A stretch of 64,000 nucleotides of DNA from a virus (lineage: Duplodnaviria; Caudoviricetes): IMG/VR virus record IMGVR_UViG_3300037310_000564, positions 16,708 to 80,707 of that record; one strand, written 5' to 3'. Both the position numbers and the translations under genes were made by a program. Below are positions 36,555-46,721 of the stretch, piece by piece. Within the stretch, counting starts at the first letter, position 1; each line of letters opens with the position of its first letter. A model generated the notes under the pieces. It was not told the origin of the DNA and made no database searches. It saw only the letters and a program-made list of their open reading frames with translations.

Positions 36555-38160
36555 AGAGTTTAAAACAGTTAAGGTTGGTCAGGAAGCTAGGGATGAGCTG
36601 GTGAAGGCTTTGGGGTTAATAGCTAGTGCCGTTGGCAGCACTCTGGGGCCTGGAGGTAGGCCATGGGGGTTTGATAAGAAAAGCATTTATGGGAAACTAT
36701 CCCCAACCTGGTCTAAAGACGGGTTGACGGTTTTGCGGTCGCTATGGTTTTCTGATCCGGCCGTACAGGCTGTGCTGCATTATTGCAAACAGGCATCCAA
36801 TAATTCAGTTTTAGCCTCAGGGGATGGATCAACCTCAAGCATTATTTTGGCGTCTGCAGTGGCAAACGCCATTCACCAACTTCAAAAGAAAAAAATTGGA
36901 TCGCCACAGGCCAAAGCAAGGCAATTAGAGATTGAGGCGGAGCATGCCATTGAGGCTATTAAGAAAGATGCAATTAAGTCTGATGAGGCTGTTCGGTCAG
37001 TAGCACTTACTAGCTCTAATGGGGATGAGGAGCTTACTAATGTGGTTATGGAAGCTATTGGCTATACATCCGCTTATGGAACCTTGCATGTAGAAAAAAA
37101 CCCAGCAACATCAACTCGATACAGCATACATAGACAAGATGGGTATGGCAATGTTGGTGGCTATCAATACAATTTGGTCGTGGCAGGTACTGCGGATCAA
37201 AAAGCGGCTTCGTTTGCCCCTATTGTATGGGCCAATCCTATTGTGGCGCTTTTTAATGGCAATATGTTACTAAAAGAGCAGTTAGATCCAATACTTAAAG
37301 CATGGGGTGGATCAAAAGCGCCACTGCTGATTGTTGCTTATGATGTATCCGATGAACTCATGAATAAAATCATGATTTTAAACAGAACAGTGGTTCCTCA
37401 GGGTGGATATCCGGCTTTTGTAGTTAAGCCAAAACTAACTGCTGAAATGTATTCACAATTACAAATACTTAAAGATATTGCGTCTTATTGCGGCATTGAT
37501 GATAAGTACCTAATTGATGGTGGCACCTATAAAAATGTTGATGCCACATTTTTTGGCACCTGTAAGAGCGTAACCATAACTCCAAATTCGACCATGTTTA
37601 TGGGTCGTTCAAATGACCATTGGGTAGAAAAGCGGGTAGCTCAAAATAACTCCATCATTGCGGCGGCCAAAACCGACTTTGATCGTCAATTCACATCATT
37701 GAGAAATGCTGAATTGGCTGAGGGTTTAGTTAGGATTGAGATTGGCGGCGGTACATTGCCGGATTTGTGCGAAAGAGCGGATCGTTTTGATGATGCCTCT
37801 AAGGCTGCGCAAGCATGCCTTAAGTCCGGCGCTCTACCTGGTGGCGGCCTGTCTTATATCAGGGCAGGGCAGCTAGCCAACGTCAGCCCGGAGCTATTTG
37901 GTGCACTTTCTAAAATACACACAACCGTCATGGAGAATTATGACACCAACAAAACCATTTCCGTGCCCATAGACGGCGTTAGTGGTTTTAGGATTGGGAA
38001 AAATGGCGTAGAGTTTGGTTTAGCTACCGATCTTAAAGTCCTGGACTCGGTGGAGACAGTTGTGGGAGTGATCCGCAATGGTGTGGCACTGGGATGCAAC
38101 ATAGCCACATTGGGTGGATACGCCTTCAGAGATTTGAGTCGGGATGAAGAGGAGGCGTAA
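36547..38160 (+). CDS. groEL: Chaperonin GroEL
   Basis: STLGPGGR, SKDGLTV, GDGSTS, ERADRFDDA, ALPGGG, VLDSVETV; no GGM tail. Confidence 0.93.
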   Translation: MDKEFKTVKVGQEARDELVKALGLIASAVGSTLGPGGRPWGFDKKSIYGKLSPTWSKDGLTVLRSLWFSDPAVQAVLHYCKQASNNSVLASGDGSTSSIILASAVANAIHQLQKKKIGSPQAKARQLEIEAEHAIEAIKKDAIKSDEAVRSVALTSSNGDEELTNVVMEAIGYTSAYGTLHVEKNPATSTRYSIHRQDGYGNVGGYQYNLVVAGTADQKAASFAPIVWANPIVALFNGNMLLKEQLDPILKAWGGSKAPLLIVAYDVSDELMNKIMILNRTVVPQGGYPAFVVKPKLTAEMYSQLQILKDIASYCGIDDKYLIDGGTYKNVDATFFGTCKSVTITPNSTMFMGRSNDHWVEKRVAQNNSIIAAAKTDFDRQFTSLRNAELAEGLVRIEIGGGTLPDLCERADRFDDASKAAQACLKSGALPGGGLSYIRAGQLANVSPELFGALSKIHTTVMENYDTNKTISVPIDGVSGFRIGKNGVEFGLATDLKVLDSVETVVGVIRNGVALGCNIATLGGYAFRDLSRDEEEA

Positions 38161-38165
38161 CAGCC

Positions 38166-38432
38166 GTGTTGAGGTATTTTAAATGTCTTTGTTGTCAAAA
38201 CCCGGTCACTGTGCTAGGTTTTGTGAGTGAAGTGTCTGAGAGGTTCCCCCAACATAAATGGGGGAAACCAGAACCAGTTAATTTTGTTACTGTTTTGTCG
38301 ACAAACACTTATATGAATATCCCCTTGTTGGATAGTTGGGAACAATTAGATACGAAAACATCCGAAAATATAATTGATGCAGAGCGGACGGCTGACCTTA
38401 AAGCATACTCAGAGGCGATAAAACACTCCTAA
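38166..38432 (+). CDS. Small hypothetical protein (CxxC)
   Basis: 88 aa between groEL and helicase. Confidence 0.55.
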   Translation: MLRYFKCLCCQNPVTVLGFVSEVSERFPQHKWGKPEPVNFVTVLSTNTYMNIPLLDSWEQLDTKTSENIIDAERTADLKAYSEAIKHS

Positions 38433-38441
38433 GGACTTGAC

Positions 38442-39863
38442 ATGACTGAAAAATCACACATAGTCTCGAAGTATGAAGCTTCGAGCTTAGCGGCGGGTTT
38501 TTGCCTTTTGGTAGAAAAGGGTAAAGTACAAGACTATAAAAAACAATTTGAAAACCCGCATTTTTTAAGTAGTGATGTTAGGCCATTAGCAAAGGGGTTG
38601 ATTGTAGCTCTTCATGCGGTGACTAAGGATATTTCCAAAATCCCCAGCTTTCCAACGATTGACCAGGCCGTTAAGAACTTTAGCCTTGAAACCCCCAATA
38701 AAGATTATGAATTTTTTAAAAATGCCATTAATAATGACACAGAATTACTGCAAAAAAGAAAAGATGATGGATATATTGATGTGTTTATTCAATATATGCA
38801 ACTTATGGTTATTGCTAATAATTCTAAATTTTTGGCCAGTAAGTATGGGGTTGGGGATTACGAGTCATGCCTAAATATTTTGGAACAAACTGCCTCAGAA
38901 ATGACTCGGCTTAAGGCTGCGGAATTCCAAAGATTTGATATTCGTAATTACTATGATGTTATGGATAAGGAGTGGAAAGACAGGCAGATGGGCATTATTA
39001 AAACCACCCTGTTTCTTTCCAGCCAAACAACTCAAGGCGGTAGGGAATTTGACGAAGCAATTGGAGGCGGACTGGAAAGACAGACTTTAAATGTTTTTAT
39101 TGCCGCCACTGGCGGTGGAAAATCAGTCATGGCCCATCACATTTTGGTACGCTGTATTAAGCAGAAAATCCATGCACATATTACCGTAGTGGAAGATCGA
39201 GAAAAATCCTTCTTTTCTAAGTTAATGTCAGCACTTACTGGAATTGAAGCCAGTAGGATTAAGCAGCATTTTGGCTCTTTAACCATAGAAGAGCGCGGAA
39301 AGATAAAACAAGCCATTGCGGATGTGGAAACGTACATAACGATCGATTTTTGTTATTCTTATGGCATTGATCAGATACACCAAATCAAACTCGAAGCAGA
39401 TGAGGAAAAGCGCAGATTAGGTCTGCCTGTGCCGGCAGTAGACATTGTGGACTACACCGGCCATATCGCAAAATACAGCAAAGGGGATAAAAAACACGAA
39501 CAAATGCATCTGGCCTATAGCGCCAGAAAGGATTTTGCGCTAAAGTACGATAAAATCTGCGTAGACTTTGCGCAAGTAAATCGCGAAGGCGGAAAAAGAC
39601 ACAGGGACAGCGAAACATTGGGCATCACGGATTTGGCAGGATCTTACGACTTATCTCAAGTATGTGATTTAATTATATCTATTAATCGCAGTGAAAAAGA
39701 TAAGGCAGACAATCAAGCCGTTCTCTCTCTAGAGAAGACAAGGGACGGGGTTGGTCGTAAATTTATTGTTAAAACAAATTTTGCGTCAATGCAGTACCTT
39801 ACAGATCAAGTTATGGACTACAAAGCTTTCACCGTCAACAAACAATCAATCAGCATCAGATAA
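38442..39863 (+). CDS. Replicative DnaB-like (SF4) helicase
   Basis: GGLERQTLNVFIAATGGGKS Walker A, IVDYTG Walker B, AQVNREG, LAGSYDLSQVCD, KTRDG. Confidence 0.9.
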   Translation: MTEKSHIVSKYEASSLAAGFCLLVEKGKVQDYKKQFENPHFLSSDVRPLAKGLIVALHAVTKDISKIPSFPTIDQAVKNFSLETPNKDYEFFKNAINNDTELLQKRKDDGYIDVFIQYMQLMVIANNSKFLASKYGVGDYESCLNILEQTASEMTRLKAAEFQRFDIRNYYDVMDKEWKDRQMGIIKTTLFLSSQTTQGGREFDEAIGGGLERQTLNVFIAATGGGKSVMAHHILVRCIKQKIHAHITVVEDREKSFFSKLMSALTGIEASRIKQHFGSLTIEERGKIKQAIADVETYITIDFCYSYGIDQIHQIKLEADEEKRRLGLPVPAVDIVDYTGHIAKYSKGDKKHEQMHLAYSARKDFALKYDKICVDFAQVNREGGKRHRDSETLGITDLAGSYDLSQVCDLIISINRSEKDKADNQAVLSLEKTRDGVGRKFIVKTNFASMQYLTDQVMDYKAFTVNKQSISIR

Positions 39864-39876
39864 GAAGGAGTTTTAA

Positions 39877-41040
39877 GTGACGACTAAAAATAAACAAACA
39901 AATGACCCGAAGGTTGTGGATGGTGTGGTGTGGACCAAGCAGATGATTTTTAAGCTTGGGCATTTGCGCCTTAAAAAAGAGATGAGCTTTGCGGAAATTG
40001 GTGAATATTTGGGCTTTTCTGAATCTGCTGTTAAAAATGCTTATTACCGAGCTGTTGCCAAAGGTTATATGCCACAACTAGGCTTAACAAAAGAGATTCC
40101 TGACAGCCACCAACTCAAAAGAGTGTCCACTAATTACGATAGCGATGGCAAACTAAGGCAGCAATGGGTAATCCAAGTACCTAAAATGGAGCACATAAAG
40201 AAATTTATGGACGCGGCCTTGGATGTTTTATCATCCAGAATGCCCGATAATGTTGTGAAGCCGGTTATTCCAGCTCCTCAATACGACCCAACTAAAGTTG
40301 CCGTATACCCAATAGGGGACGCCCATTTTGGCTTATTGTCATGGGGAGAAGAGACCGGCGAGGATTATGACCTAAAAATTGCCCAGAGATTGTATAAAGA
40401 GGTATTTAGTACCTTGATTAACAACTCCCCAAGTTGCGGCACTGCGGTGCTGGTAAACGTAGGTGACTGGTTTCATTGCGAAAACACGAAGGGCATTACA
40501 GAAAGGTCTGGCCACCATTTGGATAAAGATAGTCGTTACGACAAAATGGTTAGGATTGGGCTTCAAGTCCAGGTAATGCTCATCGAAACCCTTAGAAAAA
40601 AACACAAACATGTTCATGTCATTAATGCTAAAGGAAACCATGATGAAACCATGGCCACTTGGCTCAATCAGGCACTAGCACTAAGATATAAAGGGGAAAA
40701 AAACATATCTGTCGATACTAAGCCTGGAGCCTTTTCCTTTTTTAGGTTTGGAAAGAATTTGATTGGCGTAACCCACGGATTAATTAAAAAAGAGCGATTA
40801 CTTGGGGTTATGGCAGCACACAAAGACTGGAGTGCAACAAAATATCGCATTTGGCTAACTGGCCATATTCACCATAAAACGGTCATAGAGGATGGCGGAC
40901 TGACCATAGAGTCTTTCAATACCCTAACAGCAAAAGACGCATATACGGTTGAAAATGGATATATTGCAAAACGCAACACTTCGTGTATTATCTTTGATAA
41001 GGAGCGTGGTGAAGTAATGCGCCTCACCATTAACCTATAA
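39877..41040 (+). CDS. HTH plus metallophosphoesterase
   Basis: MSFAEIGEYLGFSESAVKNAYYR HTH; IGDAHFG, VGDWFH, GNHD, THG and GHIHH motifs. Confidence 0.8.
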   Translation: MTTKNKQTNDPKVVDGVVWTKQMIFKLGHLRLKKEMSFAEIGEYLGFSESAVKNAYYRAVAKGYMPQLGLTKEIPDSHQLKRVSTNYDSDGKLRQQWVIQVPKMEHIKKFMDAALDVLSSRMPDNVVKPVIPAPQYDPTKVAVYPIGDAHFGLLSWGEETGEDYDLKIAQRLYKEVFSTLINNSPSCGTAVLVNVGDWFHCENTKGITERSGHHLDKDSRYDKMVRIGLQVQVMLIETLRKKHKHVHVINAKGNHDETMATWLNQALALRYKGEKNISVDTKPGAFSFFRFGKNLIGVTHGLIKKERLLGVMAAHKDWSATKYRIWLTGHIHHKTVIEDGGLTIESFNTLTAKDAYTVENGYIAKRNTSCIIFDKERGEVMRLTINL

Positions 41041-41055
41041 CTTTTTGGAGTTTTT

Positions 41056-41535
41056 ATGAGTAAATTATGTTGGTTATTCTTTATCTTACTAACGCTTTTT
41101 GGGTGTGTTTCTGCAAATCCAACACCACCAAAGGATGATGTCCTATCCCACTCTGAGGTGATTTGGTTTTTGTCACATTCTTCTGGTATTGGCTCTGTCA
41201 ATACTGTTAAAAATAACAATTTAGGCCCTGATGCTTGTGAATCCTATTTGTTGGAAATTCATGATGTTGCCAAAATTGCTGATGTGCCATTTTATATTGG
41301 GATTCAGAATCCAGCATTTATTATTGCACTCTCGATCAAGCCGCTATCTGGTTCTTCTTTCTTTGCGGATGGTTATGTTTTTACAGGGGATCGTGACAAA
41401 GCAGTAATAAAGCTGTTTGGTGGCCAAAAATATGACACGTGCTTCGAAAGCACTCCAGACCATACAGCCATAGACAGAAATAAGCCATTACGTGTTTACC
41501 GCGTTTCAGGAAAGGTCAATGCCAATGAAAAATAA
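41056..41535 (+). CDS. Lipoprotein
   Basis: Signal peptide with lipobox LFGC. Confidence 0.7.
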   Translation: MSKLCWLFFILLTLFGCVSANPTPPKDDVLSHSEVIWFLSHSSGIGSVNTVKNNNLGPDACESYLLEIHDVAKIADVPFYIGIQNPAFIIALSIKPLSGSSFFADGYVFTGDRDKAVIKLFGGQKYDTCFESTPDHTAIDRNKPLRVYRVSGKVNANEK

Positions 41536-41863
41536 TTACACCACAGCGCTAGTATTGTTATTTGTACTATCTGTTATTAACATGACTGGAATTATTATGG
41601 TTGGAGTAGACATTAACCATAAAACATCTGAATTATTCAGAATTATGGACATGATGGACATGAAATTCTCCAGAATAGAAAAGTTAATGAATGACACGTC
41701 CAAGTCCACCCAGGAGGCCCAAACAAGCACGGAAGACAGAATTAATACTCTAAATGAAAACCTCCACTCTTTGCACCAAGACATCCTCACCACATTAGAG
41801 CCTGAAAATTTTAAAATGATGGTGTATGATGGGTGTAAACCAGCCAAATCATTCAAAAAATAA
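41525..41863 (+). CDS. Membrane-anchored coiled-coil protein
   Basis: N-terminal TM helix followed by heptads. Confidence 0.65.
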   Translation: MKNNYTTALVLLFVLSVINMTGIIMVGVDINHKTSELFRIMDMMDMKFSRIEKLMNDTSKSTQEAQTSTEDRINTLNENLHSLHQDILTTLEPENFKMMVYDGCKPAKSFKK

Positions 41864-41869
41864 AAACTC

Positions 41870-41897
41870 TTAAGTTTTTAAGTAGATTTGCCGATAA
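41870..41897 (+). promoter_or_regulatory. sigma28/FliA-type promoter
   Basis: TTAAGTTT-N12-GCCGATAA. Confidence 0.7.
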
Positions 41898-41929
41898 GTA
41901 ATTGAGACTTCACCTTATTGGGGGGCTTT

Positions 41930-42697
41930 ATGTTTCAATTATTTATCGTTTTTTTGGTATTGGCTATATCATGCCGACCATCGCCTTGGCAAGTAAACAT
42001 ATCTGACTCAGATCTGACCAGGAAGCACATGGAAGCTCTATACAAAATTGACAAAAAAACACCTCTTGTTTTTGCAATTATTGGCGATACCCAAGCCGTT
42101 CCTGAATCTTTTTATCAATCTATTCAATATCTTAATGAACGTGACGACCTACATTTTATAGCCATTGCTGGAGATCTAACAGACGTTGGTTGGAGCGCCG
42201 AATGGGACATCCTTGGAAAAATCATTAAAAAAAGCAGGGTTCCGGTTTTTACAGTGGTGGGAAATCACGATGGACTGAATTATGGCAAAAAAATTTACAA
42301 AAAGATGTTTGGTCCATTAAATTACTGGTTTGAGTATAACGGCTATCGTTTTGTGTTCTGGAACAACAATAGTTATGAATGGGAAAATGAAGTTGATATT
42401 GGGTGGTTAGAGGAAAGTATTACACCCAACTCTATTGTATTTGCACATCAGCCCCCAAACAGCAAAGCATTACCAATAGAGGCTGAGCAACGATGGTTGG
42501 TGGCTCGTCAGAAAGCTGTAATGTCTTTACATGGCCACACACACAAAGAGCAAAACCCGGGGAATCGAGTTTATGTGGTGGGCAGAGTGCCGGAATATGC
42601 AATTGTCTCAATTAATGGCCGGGCCGTGTCTATTGAGAATTGTAAGCCACAAGACAAGCATATTTGTAAACAGGCGGTATCATATGAAAATCAGTAA
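41930..42697 (+). CDS. Lipoprotein metallophosphoesterase (CpdA/Icc-like)
   Basis: Lipobox LAISC; IGDTQ, AGDLTD, VGNHD, AHQP and HGHTH motifs. Confidence 0.85.
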   Translation: MFQLFIVFLVLAISCRPSPWQVNISDSDLTRKHMEALYKIDKKTPLVFAIIGDTQAVPESFYQSIQYLNERDDLHFIAIAGDLTDVGWSAEWDILGKIIKKSRVPVFTVVGNHDGLNYGKKIYKKMFGPLNYWFEYNGYRFVFWNNNSYEWENEVDIGWLEESITPNSIVFAHQPPNSKALPIEAEQRWLVARQKAVMSLHGHTHKEQNPGNRVYVVGRVPEYAIVSINGRAVSIENCKPQDKHICKQAVSYENQ

Positions 42698-43196
42698 AAT
42701 AATTGCAACAATAGGTTTGTTTTCGGCACCATTGACATCCAATCTGGCACTGGGAATGGAAAATTTGTACTGCTCGGCACAGAGCGGCGCCTTTTTGGGA
42801 GCCCTGTCACTTGGGTGCGGTTTGTATGAGCGGCACTATCAGTTATTTTTCATGAGGGCTTATACGCCACCGATTATTGTGTCTGACTATCCAATTCATA
42901 CTTTTGGTTTAAAAAGCTCCTTAAAATTCAGTAACTTATATATCGGAACCTCTATTTTATACAACACAGACAACAAAAACACCTTTGCCAAATTGCCTGA
43001 CAAATACCCTGCAAAATACTATCCCCTCACCGGGATTAGGACAGTTCCACATTTGGGGATAATCCTTTCTGACTCGAATTTTGTAGAAGTGGGAACTGTA
43101 GATTATCTTTTAGAACTAAGAGTCAGAAATTCCCAATATATTCAGTACTATGACGTTATTTCTATTGGCATAGGACACACCTTTTTGGCCAAATAG
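42684..43196 (+). CDS. Secreted, probable small outer-membrane beta-barrel protein
   Basis: Signal peptide; alternating aromatic beta-strands; C-terminal ISIGIGHTF strand. Confidence 0.55.
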   Translation: MKISKIIATIGLFSAPLTSNLALGMENLYCSAQSGAFLGALSLGCGLYERHYQLFFMRAYTPPIIVSDYPIHTFGLKSSLKFSNLYIGTSILYNTDNKNTFAKLPDKYPAKYYPLTGIRTVPHLGIILSDSNFVEVGTVDYLLELRVRNSQYIQYYDVISIGIGHTFLAK

Positions 43197-43225
43197 TTGC
43201 GCCACTGCCAATAAGCTGTTATTGT
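43197..43225 (+). promoter_or_regulatory. sigma70-like promoter
   Basis: TTGCGC-N17-TATTGT with extended TG. Confidence 0.55.
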
Positions 43226-43255
43226 CTCCATGTCTAATTTAGGTATGGAGATTGT

Positions 43256-44233
43256 ATGATCCTATGTGTTGGCGACGCTCACTATAAGAAAAACAATGCT
43301 TTATTGACGGATATGTTTCAGCAAGAGCTGCTAATGCTGATCGAGCAAAGGAAAATAAAAAACATAGTACTTTTAGGGGATTACCATGATTCATGGGACA
43401 TGATCTCCTCCCCGGTCCTGAACAGGTTATTTAATTTTTTCGTTGAATTAAGTACCGTGACCAATGTTTATTATGTCGTCGGCAATCACGACCTTATTAA
43501 CAATAACCAATTTTGCTCTGAAGAACATTTTTTTAATTCTTTCAAGACCATTCCCAATGTTTTCATTATTGATAAGCCAGTGACATATATGGTTGGAGAT
43601 GTATTGGCTGCTTTTATTCCTTTTGTGGTGGATGGGAAATTTAATGAGGCATTGCAGCAAATTAATCAAAAATATCACATACTTTTCACCCACAATGAAT
43701 TCAGTGGTGCAATAATGGGCAGTTTAGTCAGCACCTCTGCCAACTCATGGCCAATTACCAACCCACTTTTGGTGTCTGGCCATATTCACACCAAACAGTG
43801 GCTACAAAAAAACTTGTATTATCCAGGAGTTCCGTACGACATCCATTTTGAAAATGAAGACTCAGCTGACAAAACCGTGTCTATACTCACCACCAACCAA
43901 AGAGGATTTGACGTCGAGGAAATTTGTCTTGGATTGCCCACAAAAAGAATCTTGAAGATGACCATTCAGGAATTTGAGTCGCACAAATGGAATGAAAAAA
44001 CACTCTCTTCCATAAAAGTCCTGGTTTCTGGAACGCAGGAAGATCTAACGGCATTAAGCAAAAGGATGAAAAACATCCCCAAAAACATTAAAGTGGTGTT
44101 TACTCCAATTAACTCCACATCCCAGCAAAGAGAAAAAAGAGCTGTTTCTTTTATCGACTCTTTGATGGAACTGACACAAACAGAGTCTGAAGAGATTAGG
44201 GATTTAGTTAAACAGGTGGTGGATGAGACATGA
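43256..44233 (+). CDS. SbcD/Mre11/gp47-like nuclease
   Basis: VGDAHY, LGDYHD, VGNHD, FTHNE and SGHIH motifs; adjacent to SbcC-like gene. Confidence 0.9.
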   Translation: MILCVGDAHYKKNNALLTDMFQQELLMLIEQRKIKNIVLLGDYHDSWDMISSPVLNRLFNFFVELSTVTNVYYVVGNHDLINNNQFCSEEHFFNSFKTIPNVFIIDKPVTYMVGDVLAAFIPFVVDGKFNEALQQINQKYHILFTHNEFSGAIMGSLVSTSANSWPITNPLLVSGHIHTKQWLQKNLYYPGVPYDIHFENEDSADKTVSILTTNQRGFDVEEICLGLPTKRILKMTIQEFESHKWNEKTLSSIKVLVSGTQEDLTALSKRMKNIPKNIKVVFTPINSTSQQREKRAVSFIDSLMELTQTESEEIRDLVKQVVDET

Positions 44234-46392
44234 TCCACCTAAATCTAAAAAAATTCAAGCAATTTAGTGACTTATCCATAGAATTACCCGAAACTGGCTT
44301 AGTCATGCTTTCAGGGCCTTCTGGTGCGGGCAAAACATCAGTCTTTGAGGCCATGCGGGAAGCGTTGTGGGGAGATGGGGATGATGTTCAACCATGGGGC
44401 AGCACAAAGAGTTGTGTTGAATTGAAGGCATGGGGACTTAACATCACACGATCACGTGGCTCTAGGTCTTTGTTGGTAAATGGTAAGCCAGACGCTCAAG
44501 GGGAAGAGCTAATTGAAAATGCTTTAAGAATGGATGTTCATGAATTCATGGCCAGTTCCTATATACAACAAAAGCAGAAAAACTCTCTTTTATCACTAAC
44601 CCCGGCAGAACAATTAAGGTTTGTGCAGCGGTTAGTGGCTGGTTCAGTGGACCCTGAGCTGTTTAGGTCCAAACTTGCTGTAATTAAGCAACAGGTGGAT
44701 GCTGCGCTGGATGCTATGAAATGGCAACAGGCCAAAATGGAAAGTGAAAAAGAGTCTTTGCAAAATCAGGTTGGTGTGTTGTTAATTCAACTGAATGCCA
44801 CAGTCACACCAAATGGTATGACGGATGAACAAATTATTAATAATTACAATATGTTGAATAAGGCAAATGAAGAGATCTTAGCCTGCTCTAAAACGATTGC
44901 GCAGCTATCTGCGGCAATTCAGCAAAATCACTTCAACAAAACGCAAAAAAACAATCTTAACAACAGAAGGGTGGAACTGTTAGACTCTATTGCCAAAAAA
45001 CAACAAACGCTCCAAACTCTTCAGCAAAAAATCAATAAAAGGGATGACTTAGAGCAAAAATTGATTGAAAATACTCACCAAAAAGAACAATATCAAAAGG
45101 TAATTGAGTTTTGGCATTGGAATGAAAAAAAAGACAGCTTCGTTACCTCTTTGGGATTGGAGCTGGGAGGATCTACTGTTGGCGATGCATTACAGAGATC
45201 AATCCAGGAACTCGAGAATAGACATGGTGCTTACCAGCAGAGCGCCCGAGACCTCTCGCGTACAGTGGATCTAATGCAGCTCAACAAAGGTAGCCATTCC
45301 TGCCCAGAGTGCGGCACTGCCTTGGGTATCGACAAGGGGAACATTGTCAAAAAAACAGCATTTGATCATGCGATGTTTCAGGCCAAGACCGATGAATTGT
45401 CCGCTCTAACAACTAAAATCACTAAGACCGGCGATGAGATTAGGGTGCGGCAATCTCATCTTATTCAATATAATGATTTAATAGGAATTTATAAAAACCT
45501 TTTAGTAAAAAAAGCCACCATTCCGAAAGAAGAGGCGCAAAAACAAATCCAATTCCTTTCCCAGGAAAATGAAAAAATAACTAATATTCTTGAGGATGTG
45601 CGGGCAAATTCAAAAGCCATCAGTTTATTAGATGACGACTTAACAGTTTTTGCTAAAAAGGTGGCCGAAATTGATTCTGAGATTTCTGCCATTGGACAGA
45701 TCGATGAGTCTTCCATGTTGGCCGAAAAGGAGGCGATGGATAATAAGCTTAAGGATTGGCACTCTATTAAGTTGACAGTTTTTAATGCCGCCGAAGACTT
45801 TCAAAATTGGAGCCAAACAAAGGCCAAAAAAGAAAGCATAGAAATGACCGTTAAGTCATTAAACCACACGATTCAACAAAAAGAACGGGATATTCAAGCA
45901 CTTAGCATAGATATAAAAAAACAGGCAGCAAAGGCCGGAGCCTGTAGGCGATTATTGGACCTAAGCAAACAAGCCTCCATGATGGCCATTAATCATTTGC
46001 TTGAAGAAATCAACTTTTACGCCACCACGACTCTTTCTGGCTTCTTTCCCTCTGAGGGAACATCCATCCGATTAAGAAACTCATACGAAACGCAAAAAGG
46101 TGAGCAAAAACCAAAAATTAGCTTAGAGATATTCCACAAAGGACAAACACCTAAGAAGCTTTCCTCCTTATCCGGAGGGGAGGAATCAAGGGTGACTTTG
46201 GCTTTTCAGATGGCCCTGTCTGAGCTATATAACTCTCCAATATTATTAGTAGATGAAGGATTTGTAGGCCTACCTTTGGAACAAAAACTGGAATGCCTTG
46301 AGATGCTTAAGCCAATATCCCAAAAGAAATTGGTTTGTGTAATTGAGCATGGCATGCCTGAGCACGTTTTTGACCAAATAATCTATATCTAA
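44230..46392 (+). CDS. SbcC/Rad50/gp46-like SMC ATPase
   Basis: GPSGAGKT, YIQQ Q-loop, coiled coil with CPEC zinc hook, LSGGE, LVDEG, IEH. Confidence 0.93.
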   Translation: MIHLNLKKFKQFSDLSIELPETGLVMLSGPSGAGKTSVFEAMREALWGDGDDVQPWGSTKSCVELKAWGLNITRSRGSRSLLVNGKPDAQGEELIENALRMDVHEFMASSYIQQKQKNSLLSLTPAEQLRFVQRLVAGSVDPELFRSKLAVIKQQVDAALDAMKWQQAKMESEKESLQNQVGVLLIQLNATVTPNGMTDEQIINNYNMLNKANEEILACSKTIAQLSAAIQQNHFNKTQKNNLNNRRVELLDSIAKKQQTLQTLQQKINKRDDLEQKLIENTHQKEQYQKVIEFWHWNEKKDSFVTSLGLELGGSTVGDALQRSIQELENRHGAYQQSARDLSRTVDLMQLNKGSHSCPECGTALGIDKGNIVKKTAFDHAMFQAKTDELSALTTKITKTGDEIRVRQSHLIQYNDLIGIYKNLLVKKATIPKEEAQKQIQFLSQENEKITNILEDVRANSKAISLLDDDLTVFAKKVAEIDSEISAIGQIDESSMLAEKEAMDNKLKDWHSIKLTVFNAAEDFQNWSQTKAKKESIEMTVKSLNHTIQQKERDIQALSIDIKKQAAKAGACRRLLDLSKQASMMAINHLLEEINFYATTTLSGFFPSEGTSIRLRNSYETQKGEQKPKISLEIFHKGQTPKKLSSLSGGEESRVTLAFQMALSELYNSPILLVDEGFVGLPLEQKLECLEMLKPISQKKLVCVIEHGMPEHVFDQIIYI

Positions 46393-46424
46393 TCCAATAA
46401 ATTCCAATGCTTATGTATTAGTTG

Positions 46425-46451
46425 TAAAGTTTTTCCCAAAAAGGCCGATAA
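46425..46451 (+). promoter_or_regulatory. sigma28/FliA-type promoter
   Basis: TAAAGTTT-N11-GCCGATAA, an exact consensus match. Confidence 0.85.
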
Positions 46452-46508
46452 GGTTAATGGTAGTTGGTTGAAGTCACTTAAACTGGCTTTTTAAAACAGG
46501 GGGGTTAT

Positions 46509-46721
46509 GTGTATGTAAAAAAAGCCAAATTTATTCTGAGGATGGCATTTATTAGGCAGTGGGCTATTCCGGATCTCATTGAGATTTATTACCCGGATCT
46601 TTCGCTGGACGAAAAATGCCAAATTTTGGACGAAGTGGAAAAATTAACATTTGGAGCAATGAATCATGAAAACTCTTACAACTATTGCATTAACGATGTG
46701 TGCGGCAATTTCTTGCACTAA
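46509..46721 (+). CDS. Small hypothetical protein
   Basis: 70 aa with GGGGG RBS behind the sigma28-type promoter; overlaps the next gene by 56 bp. Confidence 0.45.
   Translation: MYVKKAKFILRMAFIRQWAIPDLIEIYYPDLSLDEKCQILDEVEKLTFGAMNHENSYNYCINDVCGNFLH

Noticed and set aside
41056-41863. Spanin pair
   Set aside because: Order (lipoprotein first) and distance from the endolysin do not fit; left as lipoprotein plus membrane coiled coil
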